In this document: piece by piece, positions 14,036 through 27,310 of the stretch | Position numbering within the stretch: position 1 is the first letter of the stretch | Layout: each line of letters opens with the position of its first letter | NCBI GenBank assembly: GCA_009914755.4 | Contig: CP068257.2 | Span: forward strand, 36,320,001-36,384,000 | DNA: 64,000 nt | Direction of reading: 5' to 3' | Source: the human T2T-CHM13v2.0 reference genome, Homo sapiens | The notes under the pieces: model-generated | What the model saw: only the letters and a program-made list of their open reading frames with translations | Databases searched by the model: none | What the model was told of the DNA's origin: nothing | Translations under genes and position numbers: made by a program

Positions 14036-14285
14036 TTTTCTTTTTTTAAATTATACTTTAAGTTTTAGGGTACATGTGCACAATGTGCAGGTTAGTTACA
14101 TATGTATACATGTGCCATGTTGGTGTGCTGCACCCATTAACTCGTCATTTAACATTAGGTATATCTCCTAATGCTATCCTTCCCCCTCCCCCCACCCCAC
14201 AACAGGCCCCCGTGTGTGATGTTCCCCTTCCTGTGCCCATGTGTTCTCATTGTTCGATTCCCACCTATGAGTGAGAACATGCGGT
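14036..14285 (-). mobile_element. 5'-truncated L1 3' end (about 250 bp) with a T-rich tail
   Basis: This is the reverse complement of the L1 3' terminus (TTATACTTTAAGTTTTAGGGTACATGTGCACAATGTGCAGGTTAGTTACATATGTATACATGTGCCATG...GAGTGAGAACATGCGGT). A perfect 17-bp TSD, TAACACATATATTTTCT, lies at 14019-14035 and 14286-14302. Confidence 0.85.
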
Positions 14286-15279
14286 TAACACATATATTTT
14301 CTCCGCAAGTTACGTCACAATCTTCATGCACTTAGGAACCCCACACAACGCTTCAGCGCTGTGCTTGGGGCCATTTTAAAAAATGAAATCACTGACGAAA
14401 AACACAAAAATGTGAAAAACATGGCATCGAACAGACTGTGAAAAGAACACTTGTTTACGGTAGAAGAGCTGACGGAAGAAGGCAGAACAATGCCTCATTG
14501 CAGCTCAGCTGGGAACATACTCCTGCTCAAATTTTTTGCCACCGTGCACATGCCCATAAATGACCACTAAAGCTCCTTGAGTGTTGATTTTGGAGTTTCA
14601 AGTATATTTTATGGAGTAGGCGACCTTGCAAATACTGAATTTGAGAATCAAGAGGCTGGACCGTCTCTGCTTTTGGTCCAGCCAAGGGCCCTGTTGGTCC
14701 ACGATTGCCATATCGTGTTTTGACTGCTCCAGGGACTTTGATGTGACTCTAGTTTGGAAGATCTGGAACACTTTGGGAGCTTGAGAATGAGATGAGAACA
14801 TCGTGTGGGGTTTGATGAGAGTGTTTTGGCTCCAGGTCATGGATTCACATCTCTTGGTGGGTCGCGGGAAGTAAAGCAGCCCATAGCCTGCAAATGTTGA
14901 GGCAGGCTTGCAGCTTGCGTGGACACAAGTCCCTGCTCACTTCCCTCTCCAGTTATCACAAGCATCCAGCTCAGAAGGACACCTTGTGTGCTTCTCTGAG
15001 TGCTCCTGCACCCTCATCCCTCACTGACCCCACTCTGCCCACCAATACTTTCCATTTCTTGAAGCCTGCTTCTGTCTTGACCACTGGGGAGCCTTCTTAC
15101 ATGCCAGAGGCCTCTGTCTTGCCTTGGGGTGTGATCATGATTTACTTTATTCAGGTTCTGCTTATCCAGGGTGGCCAGGAAAGTTCATCTGTAATCCCAG
15201 CATTCCATCCCATCCTGCCTTTTGGAAAGACGTAAAATAAATGCACCAAAAATAAACGGAGGCTTTGAATAATATCATA

Positions 15280-15420
15280 CATTGATATGATAAATTTCAA
15301 TAAGCAGTTTTTTCACATATGTCCCATGCAATATATGGGGTGTACTTATGTTGAAAATGCTTCATTATTTATTTGAAATTTGAATTTAATTGGCTGTCCT
15401 ATATTTTTGTTTGCTAAATC
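15280..15420 (+). mobile_element. Fragment resembling a TcMar/Tigger-type DNA transposon end (family uncertain)
   Basis: The motif GTCCCATGCAATATATGGGG...TTATTTGAAATTTGAATTTAATTGGCTGTCCTATATTTTT...GCTAAATCTGGTGACC is present. A related copy lies at 20830-20940. Confidence 0.3.
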
Positions 15421-15504
15421 TGGTGACCGTATCTCCGCAGAGCTTGCAGCGCACTGCCCAGTGCTGGAAGTGGTGTGAGAATCAGGGAACTATTCTGCCA
15501 ATTA

Positions 15505-15600
15505 GCAGCTGTGAGGTCTTGGGGAAGTCACCACCCGTTTGGGCCTCAGTCCCCTCATCTGTGAAATGGACACGATTTCTAGTATTTGCAGCTATGACCT
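15505..15600 (+). mobile_element. MIR SINE fragment
   Basis: It contains the MIR core GGCCTCAGTCCCCTCATCTGTGAAATGG. Confidence 0.4.
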
Positions 15601-16639
15601 TTTCTGGAGAATCAGAGTTTGGGTCCCCATTTTAGGTTTCATATTCTCTTTCCCTAATTGGTAAGTTGGCAATTTATTTATATGTTCCCAAAGACAGCTT
15701 AAAGTGAATTCATGTATTTATTTCTAAGTAAAACTTCTCTGTTGCTGAGGGAAAACCCACCCATCTGGGCCAAAATAACACGCCGCCTTGGCAGGAAAAT
15801 AAACCTGCTGAAAATCGTTAGAGCACTTTCTCCCTCACCTGCCTGATAGGCTCTGCTGCACAGACAAAGAGCCTGTTCTCCGATAAAACAAGGCAGCTAA
15901 GGGGCAGGTCTGGGCTTTAAATCAGCCCTCTGAGGGGGTAGGCTGCATCGCTGGGCCCCACGTCCATACCAAGTTGTGCTCCTGTGCACCGCAGAATGGC
16001 TCGTACGAGGCCGTGGGGAACCAGGATGGCAACAACAAAAAATGGGTTCTCCGCCTCCAGGAGAGGCAAGGCAAGACCTGGTGACAGCAGCCTTGTCTGC
16101 ATTCTGTAATTGGCAGCCTCAGACATGTGCCTGTGCTCTCCATGGGGGTTGGCCAGTTGAGCCCTGGCAAAGACGTGGCCTGCACCTCTGTGTTTTCACA
16201 CAGCACCCACACCAGCGGTGCAGGGGGAGAGTGGAGCTTCAGAGGGGGAGAAGGTAAATGCTGTGACGTGTTTCTTCCAGCAACCCCCCCCTTGGATAGC
16301 ACTGCCCACCTGGTCTTATTCTCATCAGAGACCTACCTCTTCTGGGAAGATTTCTCAGCAGCTGTGGTCACCCAGAGCAGGTATTCTCTGCAGGTAGAAA
16401 ATCCACTTGGGGTTGGGGCTGCGCACTGCACCTGCCAAACTGTGCGCTCCAGGCTCTAGGCTCTGTTTTTGCTGGCCTTGAGCTGAGTTCCAACTGGGAT
16501 TTGGAGGCCACAGGATCCCTGCTGAGTGAAGATTAGCAAATGCTCTCTGAGATCCCAAGTCTCTGGCTTGTCTTAGGTCGTGAACAGGTGGGATGGGAGT
16601 GTAAGCATGGCTCAGTGGTCCCCAGAAATTTTATTTTGG

Positions 16640-17040
16640 TGGAATACAGGTATCCATTTGCTCTTTTACGTTGTTCCGTCTAAGAAATCTTTGACTTACT
16701 CTTAGTCACAAAGATTTGACTTATGCAGGCAGCTCTGAGCTGTATTTTGAGTTAATCTTTGTGCATGGTAGAAGGTACAAATTGTAGCTTTTGTTTTTAC
16801 CTGTGGATATCCAATTGTTCCAGCACCATTTGGTGAAAAGATTATCCCTTCTTCCCTGAATTGCCTTTGCACCTTCATCAAAAATCAGTTGTCTATTTCA
16901 GTGTGGGCCTGAGTCTAGACTCTGCTTTCTTTTATATGGCTAACTGCACGCCAATACCACACTGTTTTTGTTACTATAGTTTTATAATAGTTCCTAAAAT
17001 CACATAGCATGAGCCTTTCAACTACAGCAGAGAATTGAAG
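16640..17040 (-). mobile_element. Old L1 ORF2 fragment (antisense on +)
   Basis: GGATATCCAATTGTTCCAGCACCATTTGGTGAAAAGATTATCCCTTCTTCCCTGAATTGCCTTTGCACC...CCAATACCACACTGTTTTTGTTACTATAGTTTTATAATAG. Confidence 0.55.
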
Positions 17041-17464
17041 CCCTCAAGGCTAAACATCATCTGGTCCAGTACCCAGTGGTCTTTAGAATGAAATGCTGAA
17101 ACTAGTTTACATTTAAAGAAACAGAAGTATAAGAGAGGGAAGGGGCTGACCCATGGAGCTAGTACATAATGGAGAAGCCAGCTCTCCTTCATCACAAAGC
17201 CTTAGCAAAATGCCCTTTCAATAATCAAATGATGATAAAAACAAAAGCTGCCATTGTTTTGGACTACCAGTTAAGGTGCTAGGCATTTTACACATAGTAT
17301 TTCATGTAACCCTGCATGCATTTCTGTGATGTAGCACTAGTATATATGTTGCAGACGAGGAAATGGAGACACAGAGAGCTGAAGGAATGTGGGCAAAGGT
17401 GTACAGCTACTGGTTGGCTGGGCTGAGACACAAATACAGGTGGTTCAGGGCAAAGCCTGTGCTT

Positions 17465-17600
17465 CCTCTAAACCAGCAGTTTTCCAAGTGAGGTCCCTGG
17501 GCCCACAACATCAGCCTCACCTGGAAGCTTGTGAGAAAGCAAATTCTTACCCCCAGGTGATTCTGATGCAGACAAATACCTGAGAACTACGGGTGGAACC
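17465..17600 (+). mobile_element. MER5A-like hAT MITE with an internal deletion
   Basis: CCAGCAGTTTTCCAAGTGAGGTCCCTGGGCCCACAACATCAGCCTCACCTGGAAGCTTGT...CAGGTGATTCTGATGCAGAC. Confidence 0.45.
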
Positions 17601-18789
17601 AGTCCACGTGCTGCCTCTGCTAACAGGGCAGCATCTCTATGTTTAAAATCCCAGTGGACAAATAAACAATTGCAGGGACTGACGTCTGTGGAGGGGGCAT
17701 GTGGATCTATGGTTCTGTCTTATGGCCACACTCCATGACAATGACTTCAGAGGAGGGAGGAGTGGATGGCGAGGCCAGTATCGCATCTGCAGGCAGGTGA
17801 AATGCACAGGCTGCAGGTGGGGAAGGGTGGTCAGAGCCCTGGGCAACTGATTTTACCTCTCTGCATCTTCTCTTTCCTCTAGTGTAGAATAGGGATAAGA
17901 ACAATGCTTACCTTCTAAAGGGACTGTAAGGATGGGTGAAAGAAGTCAGGAAAAGGACTTAGCACAGGGTGTAGCCATAAAAATAAAGACTGCATTGAAG
18001 TTGTTATGTAAGTCCATTTAGATACTTATTTCAAGAACTGAGCACGTAGAAGCCCCTGTGTTGGTTTTTTACTGACTCACAGGCAGTGACCAATTGCCTG
18101 GCCATACAGTCAGGAGAGAGGGCAGTGAAAACCCGGCCTATTAAAAGAATGCCCACAGGCAGCACAGCGCTATGGAAATTTGAGGGATGTATTCAAAGAG
18201 AACAAGTCAATGCCCATCAGAAGAGCTCCCTTCCAGTTTCAGAAGGTGGCTGGAATAGACAAGAAGAGATCCCTATGTGCTCCCTCGAGGTGGCCGCCTG
18301 TGTCCATGAAATGAATGGATATGGGGGCACTCAATGCAGCAGTGCAAAGACGGGCTGAATCTAGACATGTTCCTTTGGCACCCTCTCAGGAGCATAATGC
18401 CAGGAAGAACTGCTTTGCTTGTCAACAAGGGAGACAGAGACTGCCACTGGCTATGGGGCAGATTCACTGGTGGGAGGGCCCTGCGCACAGCTGGCGAGCG
18501 GGACTGATGCTGGCTGCCTTGGGGGACTAAAAATGGGTCTTGCCTGGAATAAACACGGACTCTGGACTGGGCTTTGTTTACCTGGGGGAAAATGAAAACG
18601 CTCAGAGTGCCAAAAAAAAAAAAATCTCAACAGAAGGTATTGCATGGATTTAGAAGGCCAAACATCATTTCTTCAGACCAAGGTATACTGAACAGCCCTT
18701 GACGTCCAACAAAGGGCAGATATATCATCCTTAGAGTAACAGTTTGATAGAGGGGTAGAAGGGGCAGTTGAAACACTGGTTGTCTAAAA

Positions 18790-19287
18790 CAGCAGTCCCC
18801 AAACTTTTTGGCACTGGGGACCAGTTTCCTGGAAGACAGTTTTATCACAGGGGGAGGGAGGATGGTTTCAGGATGATTCAAGCACATTCCATTGATTGTG
18901 CACTTTATTTCTATTATTACTGCATTATAATATATAATAAAATAATTACACAACTCACCATAATGTAGAATCAGTGAGAGCCCTGAGCTTGTTTTCCTGA
19001 AACTAGATGGTCCCATCTGGGGGGTGATGAGGGACAGTGACAGATCATCGGGCATAGATTCTCATAAGAAGCACACAGCCTAGATCTCTTGCGTGAGCAG
19101 TTTGCAATAGGGTTCCCGTTCCTATGAGAATCTAATGCTTCTGCTGATCTGATAGGAGGCAGAGCTCAGATGGTCATATAAGTGAATACAGATAAAGCTT
19201 TGCTCACTCAACCCGCCACTCACCTCCTGCTCTGTAGTACAGTTCCTAACAGGCCATGGTCCATAGCCTGGGGGCTGGGGACCCCTG
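18790..19287 (+). mobile_element. MER1A-like non-autonomous hAT DNA transposon, about 498 bp
   Basis: Its ends form terminal inverted repeats (CAGCAGTCCCCAAACTTTTTGGCACTGGGGACCAG... and ...GGGGGCTGGGGACCCCTG). A perfect 8-bp TSD, GTCTAAAA, lies at 18782-18789 and 19288-19295. Confidence 0.6.
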
Positions 19288-19735
19288 GTCTAAAACATGG
19301 GGAGATAAAAGCATGAAGGCTGCCTTACACACCTTCACTAGTCTGTGCTCACACTCAACACGTGTGGGACTAAAGGAGTGTCCCTACTAGATTTTTGACT
19401 GTTTCCCTGGTTGCTCTGGGGAAGAGGGGTTGGGGAGGATGCTGGCATGACCTTGCAATTCTTGCTATGGGAGGAATACACTGGTACAACAACTATGTAT
19501 TTTTTTTCTTTCTTTCCCAAATCATCTCAGAAAAATGTCTTGTTTTTTTTTTTCTCCCTTACCTGATGCGGTGGTCCTAGAACCAGAGGTGCAACTGCAA
19601 GTTCTGGAAGCAGGAATGATTTCTAAGCAAGAAACTGTCACTGTGTTTTTAAACTTTGTCAGAATTCCTAACAATTCTGGGGGTGGACCGTGTCTTTATC
19701 TCGTCTGGCAAAAGTGGGGTTAGGACTAAATACAA

Positions 19736-20172
19736 TGCACATACACGTGCATGTATCTTTATAATAGAATGATTTCTGTTCCTTTGGGTATACACCCAGT
19801 AATGGGATTGCTGGGTCAAATGGTATTTCTGCCTCTAGGTCTTTAAGGAATCACCACACTGTCTTCCACCATGGCTGAGGCAGGAACAGAAGACCAACAC
19901 TGCGTCTTCTCGCTTACAAGTGGGAGCTGAATGATGAGAACACATGGACGCATGGGGTTGGGGGAACAACACACACTGGGGGCTGTTAGGGGTGGGGTGT
20001 GGGGAGGGAGAGCATCAGGAACAATAGCTAATGGATGCTGGGCTTAATACCTAGGTGATGGGTTGATCTGTGCGGCAAACCACCACGGCACACGTTTACC
20101 TATGCAACACACCTGCACGTCCTGCACATGTACCCCTGAACTTAAAAATAAAACTTGAAGAAAATAAAAGAA
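19736..20172 (+). mobile_element. L1 insertion with 5' inversion (twin priming)
   Basis: An antisense L1 segment (about 19736-19868) is joined to a sense L1 3' end with an A-rich tail (about 19868-20172). A 9-bp TSD, TAAATACAA, lies at 19727-19735 and 20173-20181. Confidence 0.8.
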
Positions 20173-20829
20173 TAAATACAACTATATTTCCTGGTGGTAG
20201 AAGTGGCTCACTAGTTTGGAATCTGTGTAACCCTGTCTTGAATGAATGGGAACAGACTGAGGTAGAGGCACTCACTAGGCTGATATTGCTACCAGCGATC
20301 TGGACCAGCACAATGGCTGAAGTTAATGTCCCTTTCAAAGGTGGAAAAGTTTGGGTAAAAGTAAATGACAAATGGAAAAAAAAGAAAGAATAATAGCTGA
20401 GGGTAAGAAATGAATAAATGTGTTATAGATTGAGGGAAATCCAGTAGTAAATTAACAACCCTTTTAAAGAGTCTCAGAGCAAGAGATGACGTCATTGGCC
20501 AGCTCAGTTATTCCAGGTGCCTGAAAGGGCGAAGCTGTATATTTACCGAGACCCCTCCTGCTTTTGGGAACTGACAAGTTCCCTGAAGCACCCACGGAGG
20601 GCATGGAGGCTCCGTGCCCCTGCCCCCATACCTCGCCCTACACGTCTGTATCCTTTGCAATATCCTTTATAATCAACTAGTATACGTTTAAAAACAAAAA
20701 TAGAACTGACCACAGGCTGCAGGTCTCCCATGGAATTCTTGGTGCAGGCTTGGGTATCTCTGCCTGGTAGAACTGCCAGATGAAATACAGAGACCCAGTT
20801 ATGTTTGAATTTTAGATGAATAATTCTTT

Positions 20830-20940
20830 TTTGTATAAGTATGTCTCATGCAATATTTGGGACATACACTAAATTTTTCTTTGTTGATATCTGAAATTTA
20901 AATGTAACTGATCTCCCCTTTTATTTGATAAATCTGGCAA
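20830..20940 (+). mobile_element. Second fragment of the same Tigger-like DNA transposon end motif
   Basis: GTATGTCTCATGCAATATTTGGGACATACACTAAA...GATATCTGAAATTTAAATGTAACTG...ATAAATCTGGCAACTC. Confidence 0.3.
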
Positions 20941-22835
20941 CTCTACTGCCTGGACAGCAGTGGCCCTTTGAGCAGAAGGAATTGACTCCTGGTAGTAGAG
21001 GAAGGACTCTGGTCCCCAATGTAAACCTATCTGTTTGCTTTCAGGATGCGGGTTCAGAAACCTTTATTGCTGCCTGTAAAGACTCAGCATGGCCAGGGAC
21101 TTGCAGAAGGACTCTCACCTGGCTCCATGTTGATAAATTTCAGCCACATGTAATGAAATAGAGAGAAATGGAAAAGAACAGGGTGGTTAAGGGACCTGTT
21201 AAAAGTGACTACAATTTGGCCCACACCAGTTGAAAAACAAAAGCAAAGAAACAAGCTGCTTTGTTCCAGAACACAAACAAAAAAAACAAAAAACCAAAAT
21301 ACCACGAACTAAACAAAGCCACAGACACATTTCACCAGAAGTGTATTTATTTATCCCTCTAAAATGTCTTTCTTAATATATGGCTGGATGTTCTGTTTTA
21401 TAAATCTGTAATTACAAGTAACTGGTGTTACAATGATTATAAATTTGCAATATATTTATTTGGGAATTAAATGGCATTAATTGGAGGGTGGAATAGTGAC
21501 TACGACTTAATTAACCTGAGACTATGGGCTCTGGTTAAAAATCCACCACTACCAGGTAAGTGTGTGTTCCAGGAACAGTGTAGCTTCCACATTTAAAGGC
21601 TGTAAATTATTGATGGCAGTAGTCAGTGCTTCTGACAAGCAGTAAACTGGGAGACTGAGTGCTGGAAAGTTGGAACACATTTGATCCGTGTAGGTGGAAA
21701 TGTGCAGGGTAAAAATAGAGTCGTGGCAAATGCTTTTCCAGATCCATAAGACCTCCAGGGAGCAAGATCATTTGCCAGCTCTCTCCACCTCTGCTAGTAT
21801 CCATTCTCCATCTCTTCCCTTCAGACCTCCGCCCTGTGTCCACACTCTGGTCATCAGCTCTCTTCTCTGGTCAAAAGAAGTCCGGATGGGACGAAAGAAA
21901 ACAGGCTGGAGAGTGAAATGGGCATCTGAGCAGAAGGTGGAGTTGAAAATTCACAAAGGGAAGCTTGCACTTCATCCTCATCTGTTCTCTTCCCTCCCTA
22001 TTCAAATGGGGATTGTGTTTTTAAGGCTGATTTCTTTCCTCCTCACTGGAATTGTCTTATGTAATCCTAGCTAGTGGAGTAGCTGAACTTAATTTGATGG
22101 GATAAAAAGAAATGTGCCTTTGTGTTCTTAAAAAGAATGAATGTTTGCCATTTCTTATTTATGAATACAATAAACCAGGCTCTACTGGGGAGAGAACTAG
22201 AGGGGGGAGCAACAGATGCCTGGAAAAAAAAAGGGCATAATATTTATAACACTGTGAATGAAGCATTAAAAATGGGCAAATTAAAGCAATCCCTCAGCAG
22301 ATGGGGCATATGTATTGCTAGAAACTCATGTGCACATGTTCCAGCCTCATCTATGGAACTGCACTGAATGCCAAGCTATTTGGTGATAGGGGAATTTGAT
22401 TTAAAGCGTATGTTTTCTAAGGAATTGTCATACGTGCCCATGTGTGAGTAAAACACAAGTGAAGAAACCCTGAAGCTTCTCACTTCTGGAAGCCTTTTAA
22501 TCAGAAATTGCTCTCCTATGCCTGCCACATAGGGAGTATCATAGGAGAGGATACTATGACATTCTACTTAAAGATGTAATGTGGGTTACCCAGCAATTTC
22601 ACTCCTAGATATTTACCCAGAGCAATGAAGCACCTGTCCACAAAAAGACTTCTTCGAGAATTGTGTAATTGTCAATCCCTGCCTCTCTTAAAAAAATAAA
22701 ATCAACTCAAACAGACATCAATTGTAGAATGGATAAACAAATTGTATATGTTGGACTATTACTCAGCAACAAAAAGAAACAAACTGTTGATACAATGGAA
22801 AACATGATCGATGACTCTTTAAAATGTTACACTAC

Positions 22836-23140
<305 letters not shown>

Positions 23141-23789
23141 CATCATGCTGAGCAAGTGAGGCCAGACACATCAAATAAAAACAAATCTGGACTCACTGGA
23201 GAGACTTTATATAAAAGGATTATTGCAGTGGGGGTGGGAAGGGTATTGCCATAGAGAAAACATTCTATCTATAATGTGGACACTTATCTCAAAGGTTAAG
23301 GCAAGCAGCATTTTTCTATTATAGAGAGGAGTGAACAAGGCTAGGAAGAACTGAGTGAGGGAAAGTGGGGGTGAAAATGTTTTACCTGAAGCTAGTTTAT
23401 TCTCTGGAGGGGTTGTCTGCAGGCTTTGGCTGAGGATAACCAAATCTTAATCTTTGTCTAACAAGTATTTTGTTCCATTTGATCAGTGGCAACAAGGAGA
23501 TCAGCCAATCATTTATGAGGCAAAGAATGGGAAGTTGGAGGGTCTGGGTCTGGCCTTGTCCTAAGTAACAGAGAACATCATGAACTGTAGCTAAGTCCTG
23601 TGGGGAACGGTGTTTCCCAGAGCATGAAAGGGTGGGGGGAATTCTTTGAAACTTTGCTGTTTTTTCAGGAGCCCAGACTCAGCTAAAATTCAACCTTGTC
23701 ACATTACAAAGTACATTACCATATGATTCCATGTATACGAAATACAAAAAAAAAAAAAAAAAAAAAAGACGAAACTAGGCTATAGTGAA

Positions 23790-23903
23790 AGAAAACAGAC
23801 GGTGGTTGCCTGAGGCCATCCAAGGAGTAGGGACTGACTGCAGAAGGGCACAGGGAAACTACTGGGGGTGGCAGGAATGTTCAAAATCTTGATTGTGGTT
23901 GTC
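23790..23903 (+). mobile_element. Ancient L1M-type 3'-end-like fragment (family uncertain)
   Basis: GACGGTGGTTGCCTGAGGCC...GGGAAACTACTGGGGGTGGCAGGAATGTTCAAAATCTTGATTGTGGTTGT. Confidence 0.3.
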
Positions 23904-24256
23904 TTAGTCCATCAGGTGGCTGTAACAGAATGCTATATATCGAGTGGTTTGTACACAACAGAAACTTACCTCCCACAGCTCTGGAGACTGGGACTCCCAA
24001 GATCAAGATGCTGTCAGAGTCAGTGTCTGGTGAGGGCCTCATTCCAGGTTCATAGACTGCACCTATTCACTATGATCTCACCTGGTGGGAGGGACAAGGG
24101 AGCTCCCTGGAGTCTCTTTTTATAAGGGCACTAATCCCACTCAGGAGGGCTCCCCACTCATGACCTAATCACCTCCCACCTCCTAATATCATCACCTTGG
24201 GGGTTAGGATTTCAACATATACATTTGGAGAGAACACAAATATTCAAACCATAGCA
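23903..24256 (-). mobile_element. ERVL-MaLR-type (MST-like) LTR fragment
   Basis: ...CAGCTCTGGAGACTGGGACTCCCAAGATCAAGATGCTGTCAGAGTCAGTGTCTGGTGAGGGCC...TTATAAGGGCACTAATCCCACTCAGGAGGGCTCC...GGATTTCAACATATACATTTGGAG. Confidence 0.5.
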
Positions 24257-26004
24257 TTGGTGATGGTTGCATTGTATATACATGTCCCACAATTTATGGA
24301 ACCATACATTTAAAATGGGTGTATTTTATTGTATGTGAACTATACCTCAATTGAATATATTTTAGCAAATGTCAAGTGGGTAGATCATAGTGGCCATGAG
24401 CTCAGGCATAGAAGCTGGGCAGGTGTGAACTTGACAAGCACAAATACATCACTTATGAGCTGTGAGAGAGATATTAGGCAATTGCTTATCCTCACTAAAC
24501 ATCACTTTCTCCATTAGTGCCAACCTCCTAAGACTGATTAGAGCTTTAAGGGCATGCACCTAGTAAGAACTCAATAATTTCAGCTGTTATTGCTGCTACT
24601 ATCATTACGGTGTGTTTCCCTTTACATGCATCTCTTGGGCAATGTGATATAGTGGAGAGACAAGATTTCAAGGCAGAATATTTGGGCTTCAGGATCCTTC
24701 GGCTCAATGTCTTCAACTGTAAAACAGGAAAATATAATCATCACAGCTCAGCTGTGTTACAGTGTAGTTATGAAAATCAAATGTGAAAGTGGATGTGAAA
24801 ATATTGATAAACTAAAGCAACCTCACAAGTGGAACAAGCTAATACATGGGATTAAGTGTAAGTTTCTTTTTTTTCTTTCTTTTTTTTTTTACTTATTCCC
24901 CTAGATTTTCTGGTCTTTTTCACAAAGATTATGGATTCTTCTTAGAATCAGGAAAAAAGTAATTTCCATTTCAGTAAAAGATGCTGTAGACCTGGAATAA
25001 GTACTTAGATATTTATTTGAAAAAATAGGTCCATAAGTAGAGGTGATGATAGAATTTATCTTCTATGGAGATGACTTTTGAAAGTGAAAGAGTATGCTAT
25101 CATTAATTACACCAGTGCAAGTGTCATACACTGAAATGATCTGGGGAAATTAGAGACAATTGGTCATCTCTATATAAGGGACACTTAAGCTAATACTCAT
25201 CCACAAATGCCTCTTAAAAATAAAAAAGGTACCACCTGAGGAAAGAGGGGTGTGGGAGGATGAAGAAGTTGGTGAATGGGTACAAAAATATAGCTAGATA
25301 GAAGGAATAAGTTCTAGTATTTGATAGAAAAGTAGGGAAATTATAGTTAACAGTAATTTATTACGTATTTCAAGATAGGTGAAGAGAAGAATTGAAATGT
25401 TCCCAACACAAAGAAATGATAAATGTTTCAGGCGATGGCTGTCTCAATTACCCTGATTTGGTCCATACACATTGTATATGTGTAACAAACTATGGCATGT
25501 AGCCCCAAAATATGTGTAACTATGATGCTATCAATAAAAAATGAGATAACTGACATCACTGGATCTGAAAATTAAGAAAACATGGTCTTGCCTTTGGACC
25601 TGAGAGCTCAGAGGCACCTTTGTTAAGCAACGTCTGCTCACTTAAGGTGGAGACTTTCTAAAAGCTGGGAGCATAGTCCCATGACTGTCCCCCTGGAGAA
25701 ACTCACACCTCCCAGGGGACTCCCTCCCCGTGAATAGATGAGGCTTGGGGCCCTCCTTCCATAGAAGAAGGAGGTTCTTCTATGGGAGTCAAGAAATCAA
25801 GAAGTGTGGATAATTCCATGTGTTTCTTTAGTTGTTAAAGAAATTTAAGTATTCTACTTTAGACTGTTGATTAAAGGTTATTGTTTAAAAAAACCTTAAA
25901 ACTGTTTTGCATTTTGATCATCATAGTGAAGACTATTTGAACAAAGATCATCAATGGATGCCAAATCTATGGAAGAACACTTGCATAGTCTAAAAATGTC
26001 TCCC

Positions 26005-26321
<317 letters not shown>

Positions 26322-26803
26322 CTAAGTAAAAGCAAGAGTAAAAATTGTCAGTGTACAGCAGAGGTTCTATACAATTCTTTGCCCCAGAGACCAAAATGAG
26401 CATCCTCATTGAACTGCCGTGGACACTGTGGCCTCTGATGTGATGCCCTGAGAAGGACAAATCTTCTCCATGTAGATTTCCATTCAGGGAGGTGGTACCT
26501 GAATCCAAGCACAAGGAAACATCAGAGACCACTTTGAGCAATTCTTTAGAAAATGAATGGCCTATAGTCTTCGAAAATGTCAATGTCATACTACGGAGAG
26601 GCTGAGGAAATAGTCCAGATTAAAAAGCCTGGGAACACAATAAGTACATGCTATTCATGATCTTAAACTGGATCTTAAACTGGAGGGAAGATTTCTACAC
26701 AGAGCATTTTTTGACTATTGGCAAATTGGAATACAGTCTGTGTTTAGACAAAAGATTTGATCAATGTTAAATTTCTTGAATTGTTACCTATGGTTTTCTT
26801 TTT

Positions 26804-27310
<507 letters not shown>

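Noticed and set aside
14598-14840. ORF (80 aa, minus strand) inside the CpG-retaining segment as a possible processed pseudogene or small protein
   Set aside because: The translation (…LEQSKHDMAIVDQQGPWLDQKQRRSS…) matches nothing I recognise. There are frame-incompatible ORFs on both strands and no poly-A or TSD signature of retroposition.
18627-19055. 142-aa ORF on the minus strand
   Set aside because: It lies inside the MER1A-like non-autonomous hAT element, which has no coding capacity, so it is a chance ORF.
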